Positions 17,452 through 26,032 of a stretch of DNA of 41,049 nt are shown here, piece after piece. Position 1 is the stretch's first letter, and each line of letters opens with the position of its first letter. The DNA is from Desulfobulbaceae bacterium (lineage in GTDB: Bacteria > Desulfobacterota > Desulfobulbia > Desulfobulbales > Desulfobulbaceae), in assembly GCA_015493715.1 (NCBI GenBank), contig WGCP01000369.1, forward strand, positions 1 through 41,049. The letters are read 5' to 3'. The notes beneath the pieces are model-generated. The model made no database searches, was not told the origin of the DNA, and saw only the letters and a list, made by a program, of their open reading frames with translations. The translations under genes were made by a program, and so were the position numbers.

Positions 17452-18323
17452 TTGTTCTCTCCACGTTTGTGGACACCGGCGATATCATCGGCGACCTTTT
17501 CATCTTCGGCATACGCTGCATCCTCCTGGCGGCTATCGTCACCATCGGGCCGCGCCATCTCCTTGAACAGGGGATGCTCGGCAAAGTCGGAAATAAAGGC
17601 CCGGAACCATTTGCCGGGAGTCTCTTCCCTTCCCTCGGCAAACTCATAGGTCTGGGTCTGCTCATCCAGCGCCAGCATGAAATCCGCCAGGCCCTGCTTT
17701 TTCCAGGCAGGCAGGATTTTTCCATCCTTGATCCCGGATTCGATAAAGTTATCGACCTCGGTCCGGCGGGCCTTCTTCTGCGCCTCGGCAAAATCAGCCC
17801 TGGCCGTTTTTGCCTTTTCCTCAAAATCAGCCGCCTTTTTCTCGGCAGCTTCGCGGGCCGCTTTTTCCTTATCAAGCGCGGCCTGCAATTTTTCCAGTTC
17901 CGTCATCGTGTCCTCCACGTCCTGGTATTCATAGGTTTCTTCGTCCTGATCGCTGAAGGACACATCCTTCAGCCCTTTAATTGCCGGTGGCTGGGCTCCC
18001 AGAAAACCGACATGCCGCAGGGTCCCATCCGGATACACGGAGATGGACCGCTTTTTAAATCTCCCGGTGCGCACCATTTCCGCAAACTGCGGTTCCAATT
18101 GCTTCGGCTTGGCCAGCAGATGGCGGCCAACGACCTTGAGTTGATCGATCCAGCCAAAGGCGGGAGCATCACTCTTGGGATGACCGACCACAATCGGCGC
18201 CTCGTGGCTGTCCGGCTGGTACGACGCTGCCATCTTTTCCAGGTCGGCCTCGGTCCATTCCCTGGTTATGCCGTTTGCCGACGTGTGGCGGCCGGTCTTG
18301 AAAATCTCCATCCAGTTGCTCAT
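17448..18323 (-). CDS. Mu I-like head protease/scaffold protein
   Basis: N-terminal WMEIFKTGRHTSANG...APIVVGHP pattern, charged coiled-coil C-terminal half, position after G. Confidence 0.8.
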   Translation of the reverse strand: MSNWMEIFKTGRHTSANGITREWTEADLEKMAASYQPDSHEAPIVVGHPKSDAPAFGWIDQLKVVGRHLLAKPKQLEPQFAEMVRTGRFKKRSISVYPDGTLRHVGFLGAQPPAIKGLKDVSFSDQDEETYEYQDVEDTMTELEKLQAALDKEKAAREAAEKKAADFEEKAKTARADFAEAQKKARRTEVDNFIESGIKDGKILPAWKKQGLADFMLALDEQTQTYEFAEGREETPGKWFRAFISDFAEHPLFKEMARPDGDDSRQEDAAYAEDEKVADDIAGVHKRGENK

Positions 18324-18829
18324 TTTTTCCCCTCTACGATATAATCAGCCAATACCGCCCGTATGGCGACCTTGTCCTCATCCTGGACCAGGAGAAACGG
18401 CCGGGCCGGAATTGTTCCCCATGGCGCTTTCTGCCGCCTGGTGTGCGGTCTGACCTGGTAGGTCGCGCCGTTTCGTGTCCGCTCATGCCCCTTGACATGG
18501 GCGACCACTGTTCCGAAGCTGCCTTTTTTCGCCCCGAAATGCTGCACGGCCGCGTATTTGACATTGGTGCCGACATAGACCACCTTGCCCGACACCCGGC
18601 TGGTGATCGAGTTCTGCAGCCTGCCGGTATCACGCAGCGGCTGCCCGTTTCTGGTCTTGAGCCGTTTCCATTTTCGGGGCCGGCCTCCGGCGGCAAAATT
18701 GGTACGCACCGACTCCCGAACCACTGCCCCTGCCTTTTTCAACAGAGTCCGGTTGCCGATTCGATCAGCGACCTGGCCAAGCTGCTTTTGCAGCTCCCTG
18801 GTCGACCACTTGAAAAGCAAACCGCTCAA
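18320..18829 (-). CDS. Mu G-like virion morphogenesis protein
   Basis: RPRKWKRLKTRNGQPLRDTGRLQNSI...YAAVQHFG pattern. Overlaps the I gene start. Confidence 0.8.
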   Translation of the reverse strand: MSGLLFKWSTRELQKQLGQVADRIGNRTLLKKAGAVVRESVRTNFAAGGRPRKWKRLKTRNGQPLRDTGRLQNSITSRVSGKVVYVGTNVKYAAVQHFGAKKGSFGTVVAHVKGHERTRNGATYQVRPHTRRQKAPWGTIPARPFLLVQDEDKVAIRAVLADYIVEGKK

Positions 18830-18954
18830 AACTTAGGAACCCTGTTTAAAACCCGTTTAAAATCTCTTGCATTAAAACCGAGCCTGCGCACCCGAGTATT
18901 GAGATGGGCGGTTCTGTTTTTTGATTTAAAGGGCAATTTTGAGCCTCGCTTGAT

Positions 18955-20088
18955 TTATCCTTTTTTCCTGAAGATCAGACGGCCTGTTTTCAGCAGCTCA
19001 TCAACATCCTTTTGCTCAACCTGGCGATAGGAGGTAACGCGCAGCGCCTTGCCGGAATATTTGAGCCGCGCCTGAAACCACCTGCCGCCTTTTTTGAGCA
19101 GGGCCACGGTCTTGCCGGAATCCTTGATGATCATGTCCGGCCGCTCGCCGAGTAGCGGCAGCAACCTGTAGTCTTCCACCGTCAGTCCCGGATAGTTGCG
19201 CAGGTTTTTCAGCAGGAAATCTTTGCTGAATACCGCCACTCCGGCCTTACTGTTGATCGCCTCGGCCGCGTCTTTACGCAGTCGCAGGACCGGAAAATCA
19301 CCAACCGGATTTTTGAGAAAGCGGGCAAATCCATCCGCAGCCAGCAGGTCCTTTAACACCAGGGTGGATAACTTCTGCGGGTATTGCTCCAGACGGTCGG
19401 TCATAACCCCGGCCATCTGCTGCCAGTAAACCTTGCCCGGATTGTGTTTGAATCCGGGATCAGGAATCAACGGCCGGGCAGGCATCCGGTTACCGGAGGC
19501 CTGGTCGATCGGCTCAATCAGCCGGTTGGTCGGATCCACATGCTCAACCTTGATTCCGCTGGCCTTGGCCTGGCCCCTGGTGAGACCGATGACCGAGCAG
19601 CGGCAGCGGTAGCCGTTGGGAGGAAACCAGGTGTCCCACACAGGATGATCCGCCGGCCATACCCTGCCGTCCATGGCCAGGTGTGTCGGCCTGGTCCTGG
19701 AATCGTTGATGGCCGAATACTGCCAGTAGGGGAAAACATCCCGATCAGCCATCAACTGCTTGTAGTGGCCGACGTTGTAGGCGGTCTGGATATTGGTCCG
19801 AAAGATATTATCGACCCGCCAGGCCCGCTTGCCGGTCCATCCCCGCCGCAAAAAAATATCACCGCACTCTTTCTTGAAATCATCAAACGATGTGCCGGAA
19901 TCTATCGCCCGCTGCAGGGCCGTAAATACCGTGTTCAGTTCATCGCCCTTGGCGATTCCGGAAACGGCAAAGGCCCGCAGCTTTGCCTCATCGGCCAGTT
20001 TCCCGAACTCGCCCGGACCCAGCTTGACCTTGTCATTCCAGAACTGCTGCGCCTCCTCCATGGGCAGTGGTTTCAGTTCAATGGTCAT
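18955..20088 (-). CDS. Mu F-like head morphogenesis protein
   Basis: NDSRTRPTHLAMDGRVWPADHPVWDTWFPPNGYRCRCSV is the Phage_Mu_F signature. Confidence 0.9.
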   Translation of the reverse strand: MTIELKPLPMEEAQQFWNDKVKLGPGEFGKLADEAKLRAFAVSGIAKGDELNTVFTALQRAIDSGTSFDDFKKECGDIFLRRGWTGKRAWRVDNIFRTNIQTAYNVGHYKQLMADRDVFPYWQYSAINDSRTRPTHLAMDGRVWPADHPVWDTWFPPNGYRCRCSVIGLTRGQAKASGIKVEHVDPTNRLIEPIDQASGNRMPARPLIPDPGFKHNPGKVYWQQMAGVMTDRLEQYPQKLSTLVLKDLLAADGFARFLKNPVGDFPVLRLRKDAAEAINSKAGVAVFSKDFLLKNLRNYPGLTVEDYRLLPLLGERPDMIIKDSGKTVALLKKGGRWFQARLKYSGKALRVTSYRQVEQKDVDELLKTGRLIFRKKG

Positions 20089-21607
20089 CCTGGACCACCT
20101 TGCGGCCGTAGAGATCGGCCGCCAACATGGATTGCTCGGCCATCTCCCGCAGACTGCTCATATCCATTGTCGGGTAGAGCTCCAGCAGCTTTTCCATGGC
20201 CTCTTCGTACGAGGCTGCATTCCGCACAATCTCAAGGATCGACTGTTCAACGGCCGTTAAATCCACCTTTACAAGGCTGTGATCGACCAGTGCCTCAATG
20301 GCCTGCTGTTCAGCCGTGAAACCGGCGGGTTCTGCAAATTCCTGTTTCCCCGGCTGCTGGGTGGCGGTTGCCGTCGAATCCATAATCTCGATATCATCCT
20401 CCTGGAAGCCGTACCGCCGCATGTAGTAGCTCTTGGTCAACCGTACCTGACCGGATTCGGTAATGGTCTTGTCCCGGTCGGCAAAATCCTTTTGCGGATC
20501 CTCGGACTCAAACCAGATAAATTTCGGGGTCGGCACTCCCGGTGCGTTGACCTGTCCATAGATGGTTGCGATTTCATCCATGGTGGTCTTGACCAGGGCC
20601 TGGTCGGATTCCCGGTAATCGTCAAGGACGTCTTCATGGACCTTCCCTGCCGCATAACTGCCCTTGTCCCCGACCTCGGCTGTCAGGGTCTGGCCCATAA
20701 TCACCTTGGACACTTCTTTGTCCATGGCGTCCTTTAATTTCTCAAAGGCCAGGTGCGAGCCGCCGGTCTTGCCGGTGCCGCCAAGCATTTCCACCGTGTT
20801 GCCGTCCGGGACCACGGCAACCGCGTCCTGGACCATTTTCTTCAGGGCGGCAAGCATGGTGTCCTGCTCTTTCTTTTTGGCGCCCTGCCGATATTTACCC
20901 AGCAAAAACGGCATGCCGTATTTTTCCGCAAAGGTGACCCAGAACTTGATGCCGCCTTTTTTAAACATCACCGGCCAGAAACACCGGGACAGCAGACGCA
21001 ACCCATAGGGGTTGTCGTAGGTCGGGAAGTGCCGGGCAAAGACGAACTTGCCCCAGGGCAACTCCTCACCATCATCAGGCTCGGCCAGGCTTTTGAATCT
21101 CGGCTTGTTGTCACTGCCGAACCCGAACCACCTGTGCGGCAGCGGGCGCAGGTCCTGCAGCCTGATGCCGCCTTCTCCCGGCTGCCAGAGCAACTCCACC
21201 GGCGTCATGCCGTAATAGGGCGCATCCAACAGGGAGGATATCAGGTCGAACATGCTGATCTTCTCCAGATCGGCCAGCAGCATCTCGCACAGTTTCTCCG
21301 AGGCGGGCGTCGGTTTATCGTTTTCCTTGCCCGGATCAAAACGCCACTCCCGTTTCATGGTGCCGACCTTTCTGGTCTGGATCACGGACAGGACATGTCC
21401 GTCACTGGTCAGGGAATCCAGAATCTCGGCGCCGTCTCCGCGCTTGGTCAATATCGGGTCCGGATCAGGCAGCAGCCCGATCAGCTCGGTAAAATCCCAG
21501 GCCTCCGAACGGGAGGCGATTTCCCGGGCCAGCGATTTTCGATTCACCGCCTCTTCGCCGAATTCCATGTACCGGTCAGGGGTGATCCACAGTCCGTCGG
21601 CCATCAA
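20078..21607 (-). CDS. Portal protein (Mu gp29 / DUF935-like)
   Basis: 509 aa, lying between the large terminase and F. Confidence 0.85.
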   Translation of the reverse strand: MMADGLWITPDRYMEFGEEAVNRKSLAREIASRSEAWDFTELIGLLPDPDPILTKRGDGAEILDSLTSDGHVLSVIQTRKVGTMKREWRFDPGKENDKPTPASEKLCEMLLADLEKISMFDLISSLLDAPYYGMTPVELLWQPGEGGIRLQDLRPLPHRWFGFGSDNKPRFKSLAEPDDGEELPWGKFVFARHFPTYDNPYGLRLLSRCFWPVMFKKGGIKFWVTFAEKYGMPFLLGKYRQGAKKKEQDTMLAALKKMVQDAVAVVPDGNTVEMLGGTGKTGGSHLAFEKLKDAMDKEVSKVIMGQTLTAEVGDKGSYAAGKVHEDVLDDYRESDQALVKTTMDEIATIYGQVNAPGVPTPKFIWFESEDPQKDFADRDKTITESGQVRLTKSYYMRRYGFQEDDIEIMDSTATATQQPGKQEFAEPAGFTAEQQAIEALVDHSLVKVDLTAVEQSILEIVRNAASYEEAMEKLLELYPTMDMSSLREMAEQSMLAADLYGRKVVQDDH

Positions 21608-23070
21608 TATCCCTCAAACATGGTTGCGGTTTCCAGCCTGACATCGGAGATGATCTCGGTATCGCCATAGACCTCCTGCCTGGTTGCGTGCCATGCCATG
21701 GCCCCGGCAATACCGGAATCGCCGTGCCGTTGTTCCTTGCCCGCCTTGGTGCTGGAGTCCGGCAGCATGGCAACGCCCTTGACCATTTTAAAGGCCCGGT
21801 GGTCTTCGATAATATCCGCGTCTTTGGGCAGGAGGATGGTACGATCCTCAAAGGCGGCTTTATATGGAGGCATGTTCTCCCGGTACCAGGACACGGACAG
21901 CATGACCTCGCTGATCATGGCCTCCCCGTATTTCTGGGCCGCGACCTCGGCCAAATACTGGCCGTTGCCCCGTGCGTCAAAACTGCCATGCGCAAAACGG
22001 GGCAGCCGGTTGATAATGTAGAAGACAATCTGCTTCTGCTGCTGGAAGGGGATATTTCTCATTTCCAGCAAAAACGGAGCGGCAAAGGTGGCGTCCTGCC
22101 TCTCCTGCAGGGGCAGGACCACGGACAGGTCACCACTGCGGCCAAAGTCCTCCCCGAGATAGGACAGCCGGTCCGGATCCATACCGGCAAGGAGCGGTTG
22201 CAGGTGATCCTCGCACCAGGCCTCAACCTCGGAGATCCGCTCCTCTTCCGGATAAAACTTGAATTCATCGGTCTGGGCGTAGCGGATGACCGGAATATCG
22301 CTGCTCATGCAGTTTTCCACCAGCACCCTGGAGAGATATGTTCCTCCGCCCTTGGAGGGTATGCAGAACAATTCCTCATCGGCATCAGAGCCATAGAAGT
22401 CGATCATCTCCTGACGCCAGGCCTTTTCCGCCTCCGGTGACCATTGCAGGCCGCGCACCAGACAAATGCGCCGGTACAGCCCGGCCTCCAGGGCCTCATC
22501 AAAGGTGACCCGGTGCAGGGAATAGGGCTTGCGGCCCGCCCGAATATCCTTGACCAATTCATTAAAAGGATTGTCCTCTCCGTCATGGGTGGAAATCACC
22601 CGCACCTGTCCGCCCCACATCAGCAGGGCCATGGCGGCCTTGAGCAGCTCGGAGAGCTGGTCGTGAAACGCGGCCTCATCAATGACGACCCGGCCCTGTT
22701 TACCACGCAGGTTGGAGGGCCGTGACGACAGGGCGACAATCTTGTGACCGGAGGAAAACTTGATCCGAAAGGTAAGGATATCCTTGCCCTCATCAACAAT
22801 GACCTCTTCCTCGACCTCTTCCGCCGCCAGGTCATACTGTTTTGCCCAGAAGGCGCAGTCCTCGATAAATTCTTCGGCCATATCCTTGTTGTAGCCGATG
22901 TACCAGACATCATCCCCGGCAGATGACGCGGCATACAGGGCATCATCCCCGGCCTCGGACCAGGAGAGACCGATACGCCTCGACTTCTCAATCACCTTGA
23001 CCGGAGCCGGATCACCGGCCCACGCCTGCTGGTACGACAAGAAAACGTATGGAGAGTTGTCTGTTGTCAT
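21604..23070 (-). CDS. Terminase large subunit (Mu gp28-like)
   Basis: Start at MTTDNS (ATGA overlap with the upstream stop). Position and size fit. Confidence 0.85.
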   Translation of the reverse strand: MTTDNSPYVFLSYQQAWAGDPAPVKVIEKSRRIGLSWSEAGDDALYAASSAGDDVWYIGYNKDMAEEFIEDCAFWAKQYDLAAEEVEEEVIVDEGKDILTFRIKFSSGHKIVALSSRPSNLRGKQGRVVIDEAAFHDQLSELLKAAMALLMWGGQVRVISTHDGEDNPFNELVKDIRAGRKPYSLHRVTFDEALEAGLYRRICLVRGLQWSPEAEKAWRQEMIDFYGSDADEELFCIPSKGGGTYLSRVLVENCMSSDIPVIRYAQTDEFKFYPEEERISEVEAWCEDHLQPLLAGMDPDRLSYLGEDFGRSGDLSVVLPLQERQDATFAAPFLLEMRNIPFQQQKQIVFYIINRLPRFAHGSFDARGNGQYLAEVAAQKYGEAMISEVMLSVSWYRENMPPYKAAFEDRTILLPKDADIIEDHRAFKMVKGVAMLPDSSTKAGKEQRHGDSGIAGAMAWHATRQEVYGDTEIISDVRLETATMFEGY

Positions 23071-23504
23071 TGCCCGATTCCAAGGATCTGCCGACGGATA
23101 CCGTCCACCGTTTCGCTGGTAAGCCCGGCCTTTTTCACTTCCTTGACCACATCTTCCGCAACCCGCTGCGCCTTTTCCATCTTGTCCCAACGCTCAAGTA
23201 GGGAACCAAGCTTAGACATGACATCCATCATCGGCGCCGTCCGCTCAATGGGCTTGAGACCCTCCAGAAAGGCCAACTGTTCCTCAAACAGATCGCGCAG
23301 ACGCTGGATGTTGCCGCGCTTCTGCGCCCGGGCGCGGTCCCATTCATCCATGTCCGCGGACGGTCGCTTGCTTTCGGCCTTCCAGCGGGCAAGCGAGGTG
23401 ACCGATACCCCAAGCACGTCGGAAATATCAGACAGGCTATGGCCGTCGGCATACATCCGCTTCGCCTGGGGTTCGAGATGTCCCTTTGCCCCTTTCTTAG
23501 CCAT
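23067..23504 (-). CDS. Terminase small subunit-like (Mu gp27 / DUF1804-like) HTH protein
   Basis: AKRMYADGHSLSDISDVLGVSVTSLARWK...DEWDRAR pattern. Confidence 0.7.
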   Translation of the reverse strand: MAKKGAKGHLEPQAKRMYADGHSLSDISDVLGVSVTSLARWKAESKRPSADMDEWDRARAQKRGNIQRLRDLFEEQLAFLEGLKPIERTAPMMDVMSKLGSLLERWDKMEKAQRVAEDVVKEVKKAGLTSETVDGIRRQILGIGQ

Positions 23505-23748
23505 AGAGCGACTCTTCCAGATCTTTGATCGAGGATTCAAGATTCAACAGCTCCGCCTGCTGCATGACCAAATCATCCATCAGCGAGGCGGCACCGGCAA
23601 TATCCATATCGGCAACATCTTCCAGGGCCGGATTGATCATGGTCGGAATCTCCTTGCAGATCAGGCGGGCCTTGCGGCGTAATATCTTGCGCTTCTCCGT
23701 CAGATCGGCCAGTTTTCCCCGCATCATGGCAATGTTCTTGTTCATCAT
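23497..23748 (-). CDS. Small coiled-coil protein (83 aa)
   Basis: Operon position between the lysis genes and the terminase genes. Confidence 0.5.
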   Translation of the reverse strand: MMNKNIAMMRGKLADLTEKRKILRRKARLICKEIPTMINPALEDVADMDIAGAASLMDDLVMQQAELLNLESSIKDLEESLYG

Positions 23749-24095
23749 CGCCCCTCCCGCATGGTGTCGATACGGTCAACAAGCTTGGTCATGGCCATGG
23801 TGTTGCGCCTGATTATGTCGGACAGCGCCTCGGATGTGCGCTGGTAGCTTTTGACCAGTTCGATGTTGTTGTCGTAGCGATGGACAAATTCCAGTAATAC
23901 CTTCTGGGTATTTGCCTCGCTGGCCGCGATCTGGTCGCGCAGGCCAACCAGTGCCCTGGCAATCATTCGGACGCCGAGATATGCCAGTAACGGCGGAACC
24001 AGGAAAAGAACCCCCAATATGGTGCCCACCTGCCATCCTCCCATTTTTTCGATCATGGACACCAGGGCCATGGCGGTTGATAGTTCGGGAGCCAC
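23745..24095 (-). CDS. Membrane-anchored coiled-coil protein, i-spanin-like
   Basis: N-terminal TM WQVGTILGVLFLVPPLLAYLGV followed by a helical domain. Located in the lysis cassette. Confidence 0.55.
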   Translation of the reverse strand: MAPELSTAMALVSMIEKMGGWQVGTILGVLFLVPPLLAYLGVRMIARALVGLRDQIAASEANTQKVLLEFVHRYDNNIELVKSYQRTSEALSDIIRRNTMAMTKLVDRIDTMREGR

Positions 24096-24107
24096 CGCGC
24101 CCCCCCC

Positions 24108-24317
24108 TTACTGCAGTCTCGGTTTTTCGATCTTATGGGCCACGCCGATGACCGCCAGCGCTCCCATGACAGCCTGTACGGCCTGGGCCAGCACCGCCGC
24201 CTGGCTGTCGGCCGCGCTCATGTCAACGTCAAAGTAGAGGGTGACAAGTTTTACGATCAAGAGGCCGATAACCCCGGTCCATGTTTTCCAGCCCTGCATC
24301 CGTTTAATTTGCGGCAT
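24108..24317 (-). CDS. Holin-like small membrane protein (69 aa)
   Basis: Two hydrophobic segments. AGGAG SD. Lies downstream of the endolysin gene. Confidence 0.55.
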   Translation of the reverse strand: MPQIKRMQGWKTWTGVIGLLIVKLVTLYFDVDMSAADSQAAVLAQAVQAVMGALAVIGVAHKIEKPRLQ

Positions 24318-24329
24318 TTTGTGCTCCTG

Positions 24330-24359
24330 TTTTTTTTATTGGTGTTTTTTTTATTGGTG
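24330..24359. repeat. Perfect 15-bp tandem repeat x2 directly upstream of the holin-like SD
   Basis: TTTTTTTTATTGGTG repeated twice on the plus strand (CACCAATAAAAAAAA on the coding strand). Confidence 0.9.
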
Positions 24360-24410
24360 TATTTCTTCCACTGCCAGATATGGTGCAGATCCATCAGCCA
24401 CTGCACCCGG

Positions 24411-24902
24411 TCAGTCCGGCAGCATCTTCTTTCGTTCTTTTTCGATTTTTTCGACATAGCCGATCGTTTGGCGGGCATTCTTTTGCCCGGTTACCTGAGG
24501 CAGGACCAGGGCCAGCGAATGCCATTTATCTTTTTTCAGCGCCAGCTTCTGCGCCTTGATGATGTTTCCCGGGCCAGCGTTGTAGGCAGCCAGGGAAAAA
24601 CGCAGCCGCTCCAGCCCCTTTTCCTTTTTCCAGATCATCCACATCTCGTGCATGTAGTGGATGCCGAACAGGATGTTGCGGCGTGGATCAAAGGGCCTGT
24701 TCTCCACCCAGAGTCGGCTGGATATTTCCTCGGCCGTCTGCGGCATCAACTGCATCAGCCCCATGGCCCCCGCCGGACTGACCGCCTGCGGGTTCAGGCC
24801 GGACTCCACGATTGCCTGCGCCTTGAACCAGGGCCAGTCAACCAGCCCCTCAAAATAGATCCCGGCATAGAGCCGGAAATGGTGATCAAAGCGATTTGTC
24901 AT
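24411..24902 (-). CDS. Endolysin, lytic transglycosylase (SLT domain)
   Basis: AIVESGLNPQAVSPAGAMGLMQLMPQTA and AAYNAGPGN motifs. Confidence 0.9.
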   Translation of the reverse strand: MTNRFDHHFRLYAGIYFEGLVDWPWFKAQAIVESGLNPQAVSPAGAMGLMQLMPQTAEEISSRLWVENRPFDPRRNILFGIHYMHEMWMIWKKEKGLERLRFSLAAYNAGPGNIIKAQKLALKKDKWHSLALVLPQVTGQKNARQTIGYVEKIEKERKKMLPD

Positions 24903-24949
24903 GGATGAAAAGTATTGATTTCCCGTCCGTTCTGTTTTTTACTTACGCC

Positions 24950-25600
24950 ATGGCCCAAGATCGTGACATCCTGCTCAAAATCAGCGCCGACTATTACCAC
25001 TGGCTGGTGCAGAGCCTCCCTGCCCGCCAGGACGGTCTGTTTCGCACCTATCTCTGGCTGGCCTCGCTGTGCATTTCCTTAAACCTCATGCTCATTCGCT
25101 ATGCCCTGCCGCAGCAGTTGTATTTCTGCTCGTTCTGCATCCTGGTCTCCCTGGCGATCTCATTTTTCAGTCTGATGATCTGCCTGTCCGCCATGCGGGG
25201 CAGGCGCGACATCAGCCATCCCGACCTGCAGGCATATTCCGACATGTGGGATGACCACCCGCGTACTGCCTCCCGCTACATGACCGAACAGTTCTGGGAG
25301 ATCACTCGCCCCATAAAATTGGAACAGGGCACAAGAGGACGAAAACTACGAGCCACAACATGGCTGCTCTCCATCAGCTTTTTTTTCCTGGCATGGGCCG
25401 GGTTGCTTACCCTTGACTATCAAGCCTTTACGCTCGCCCCCAAAGGAGGTGATGTCCAGATGAGCGACGAAAAACCGGAGGCCGTGGAGCCGCAAGCTCC
25501 GCAGCCGGAACCGGAAAGGCCAACGGTTGATAATGGCCTTGCAACACATTCCGACGACCACCAGCCCGCAACGACCGTGACCGTCGATACCGACGACTGA
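24950..25600 (+). CDS. Three-TM membrane protein with acidic Pro/Glu-rich tail (216 aa), opposite strand to the phage modules
   Basis: ORF track 24896..25600; start taken at MAQDRD. TMs: YLWLASLCISLNLMLI, FCSFCILVSLAISFFSLMICL, WLLSISFFFLAWAGLLTL. Confidence 0.65.
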   Translation: MAQDRDILLKISADYYHWLVQSLPARQDGLFRTYLWLASLCISLNLMLIRYALPQQLYFCSFCILVSLAISFFSLMICLSAMRGRRDISHPDLQAYSDMWDDHPRTASRYMTEQFWEITRPIKLEQGTRGRKLRATTWLLSISFFFLAWAGLLTLDYQAFTLAPKGGDVQMSDEKPEAVEPQAPQPEPERPTVDNGLATHSDDHQPATTVTVDTDD

Positions 25601-25602
25601 AC

Positions 25603-25633
25603 AAAAACCCGGCCGGGCCGGTCCCGGCCGGGT
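25603..25633 (-). terminator. Intrinsic terminator for minus-strand (middle operon) transcription
   Basis: 11-bp GC stem ACCCGGCCGGG/CCCGGCCGGGT with a 5-nt loop. A T-run follows on the minus strand (AAAAA on plus). Confidence 0.65.
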
Positions 25634-25653
25634 TCAACAAAGGAGAAAGATAC

Positions 25654-25800
25654 ATGAAAAGCATCATTGCGCTCGATGCTGCCGTGTACAGGGATAGATA
25701 TAGAGGATGGAGTCAGGGAATGTTAGAGGCGCTGCCGCCCAACATAGACGCAAAAAACCCCTCGACCGGCAACGGTGAGGGGTTTTTTAGTGGTGATTAA
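25654..25800 (+). CDS. Possible 48-aa small ORF
   Basis: AAGGAG lies 7 nt upstream of the ATG. Translation: MKSIIALDAAVYRDRYRGWSQGMLEALPPNIDAKNPSTGNGEGFFSGD. The 3' end contains a terminator hairpin. Confidence 0.3.
   Translation: MKSIIALDAAVYRDRYRGWSQGMLEALPPNIDAKNPSTGNGEGFFSGD
25752..25788. terminator. Bidirectional intrinsic terminator
   Basis: AAAAAA-CCCCTC-(13-nt loop)-GAGGGG-TTTTTT. Confidence 0.7.
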
Positions 25801-25807
25801 CAGGATG

Positions 25808-26032
25808 TTAAAGCAGTTTTATCGATTGGTCAACTGATTGCTGCACCGAGTCGATGATCAGGCTCAGTCCGTAGATGTCGCTTTCGTCCAGGTCCAGGCG
25901 GCTGCAGTCGGCAATGGCACGGTTGACAAAACCGAGCACCGCGCTGGCTGCGGCAAGCAGATCAGCGGGATGCTCACCCGCAACCGGCAGCCCGGTTTTT
26001 TCGGCAGCCTCTATGCTGCTTGCGGCAGGCAT
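25808..26032 (-). CDS. Hypothetical acidic protein (74 aa)
   Basis: TGATG start/stop coupling to the ORF6N gene. Confidence 0.5.
   Translation of the reverse strand: MPAASSIEAAEKTGLPVAGEHPADLLAAASAVLGFVNRAIADCSRLDLDESDIYGLSLIIDSVQQSVDQSIKLL

Noticed and set aside
18320-18323. Anti-CRISPR locus between G and the protease gene, as in Pseudomonas Mu-like phages
   Set aside because: G and I overlap directly here, so there is no inserted gene at that position.
17469-18344. 291-aa plus-strand ORF exactly mirroring the protease/scaffold gene
   Set aside because: It is a shadow ORF. The minus-strand product has recognisable Mu I-like features and coupled neighbours, and the plus-strand product has neither.
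18830-18954. F-G intergenic region as a late promoter or terminator (GTTTAAAA at 18844 and 18855; weak AACCG...CGGTT stem plus T-run)
   Set aside because: The motifs are short and the stem is weak. I cannot distinguish a promoter, a terminator or chance from the sequence alone.
19384-21670. Long plus-strand ORFs (311 aa and 305 aa) over the F and portal genes
   Set aside because: Both are antisense shadow ORFs with low-complexity, Arg/Gly/Pro-rich translations. The minus-strand genes carry family signatures.
23067-23540. Full 157-aa reading of the small terminase ORF
   Set aside because: The N-terminal 12 codons overlap the upstream gene. MAKKGAKG at 23504 is the more plausible start, although the SD is weak either way.
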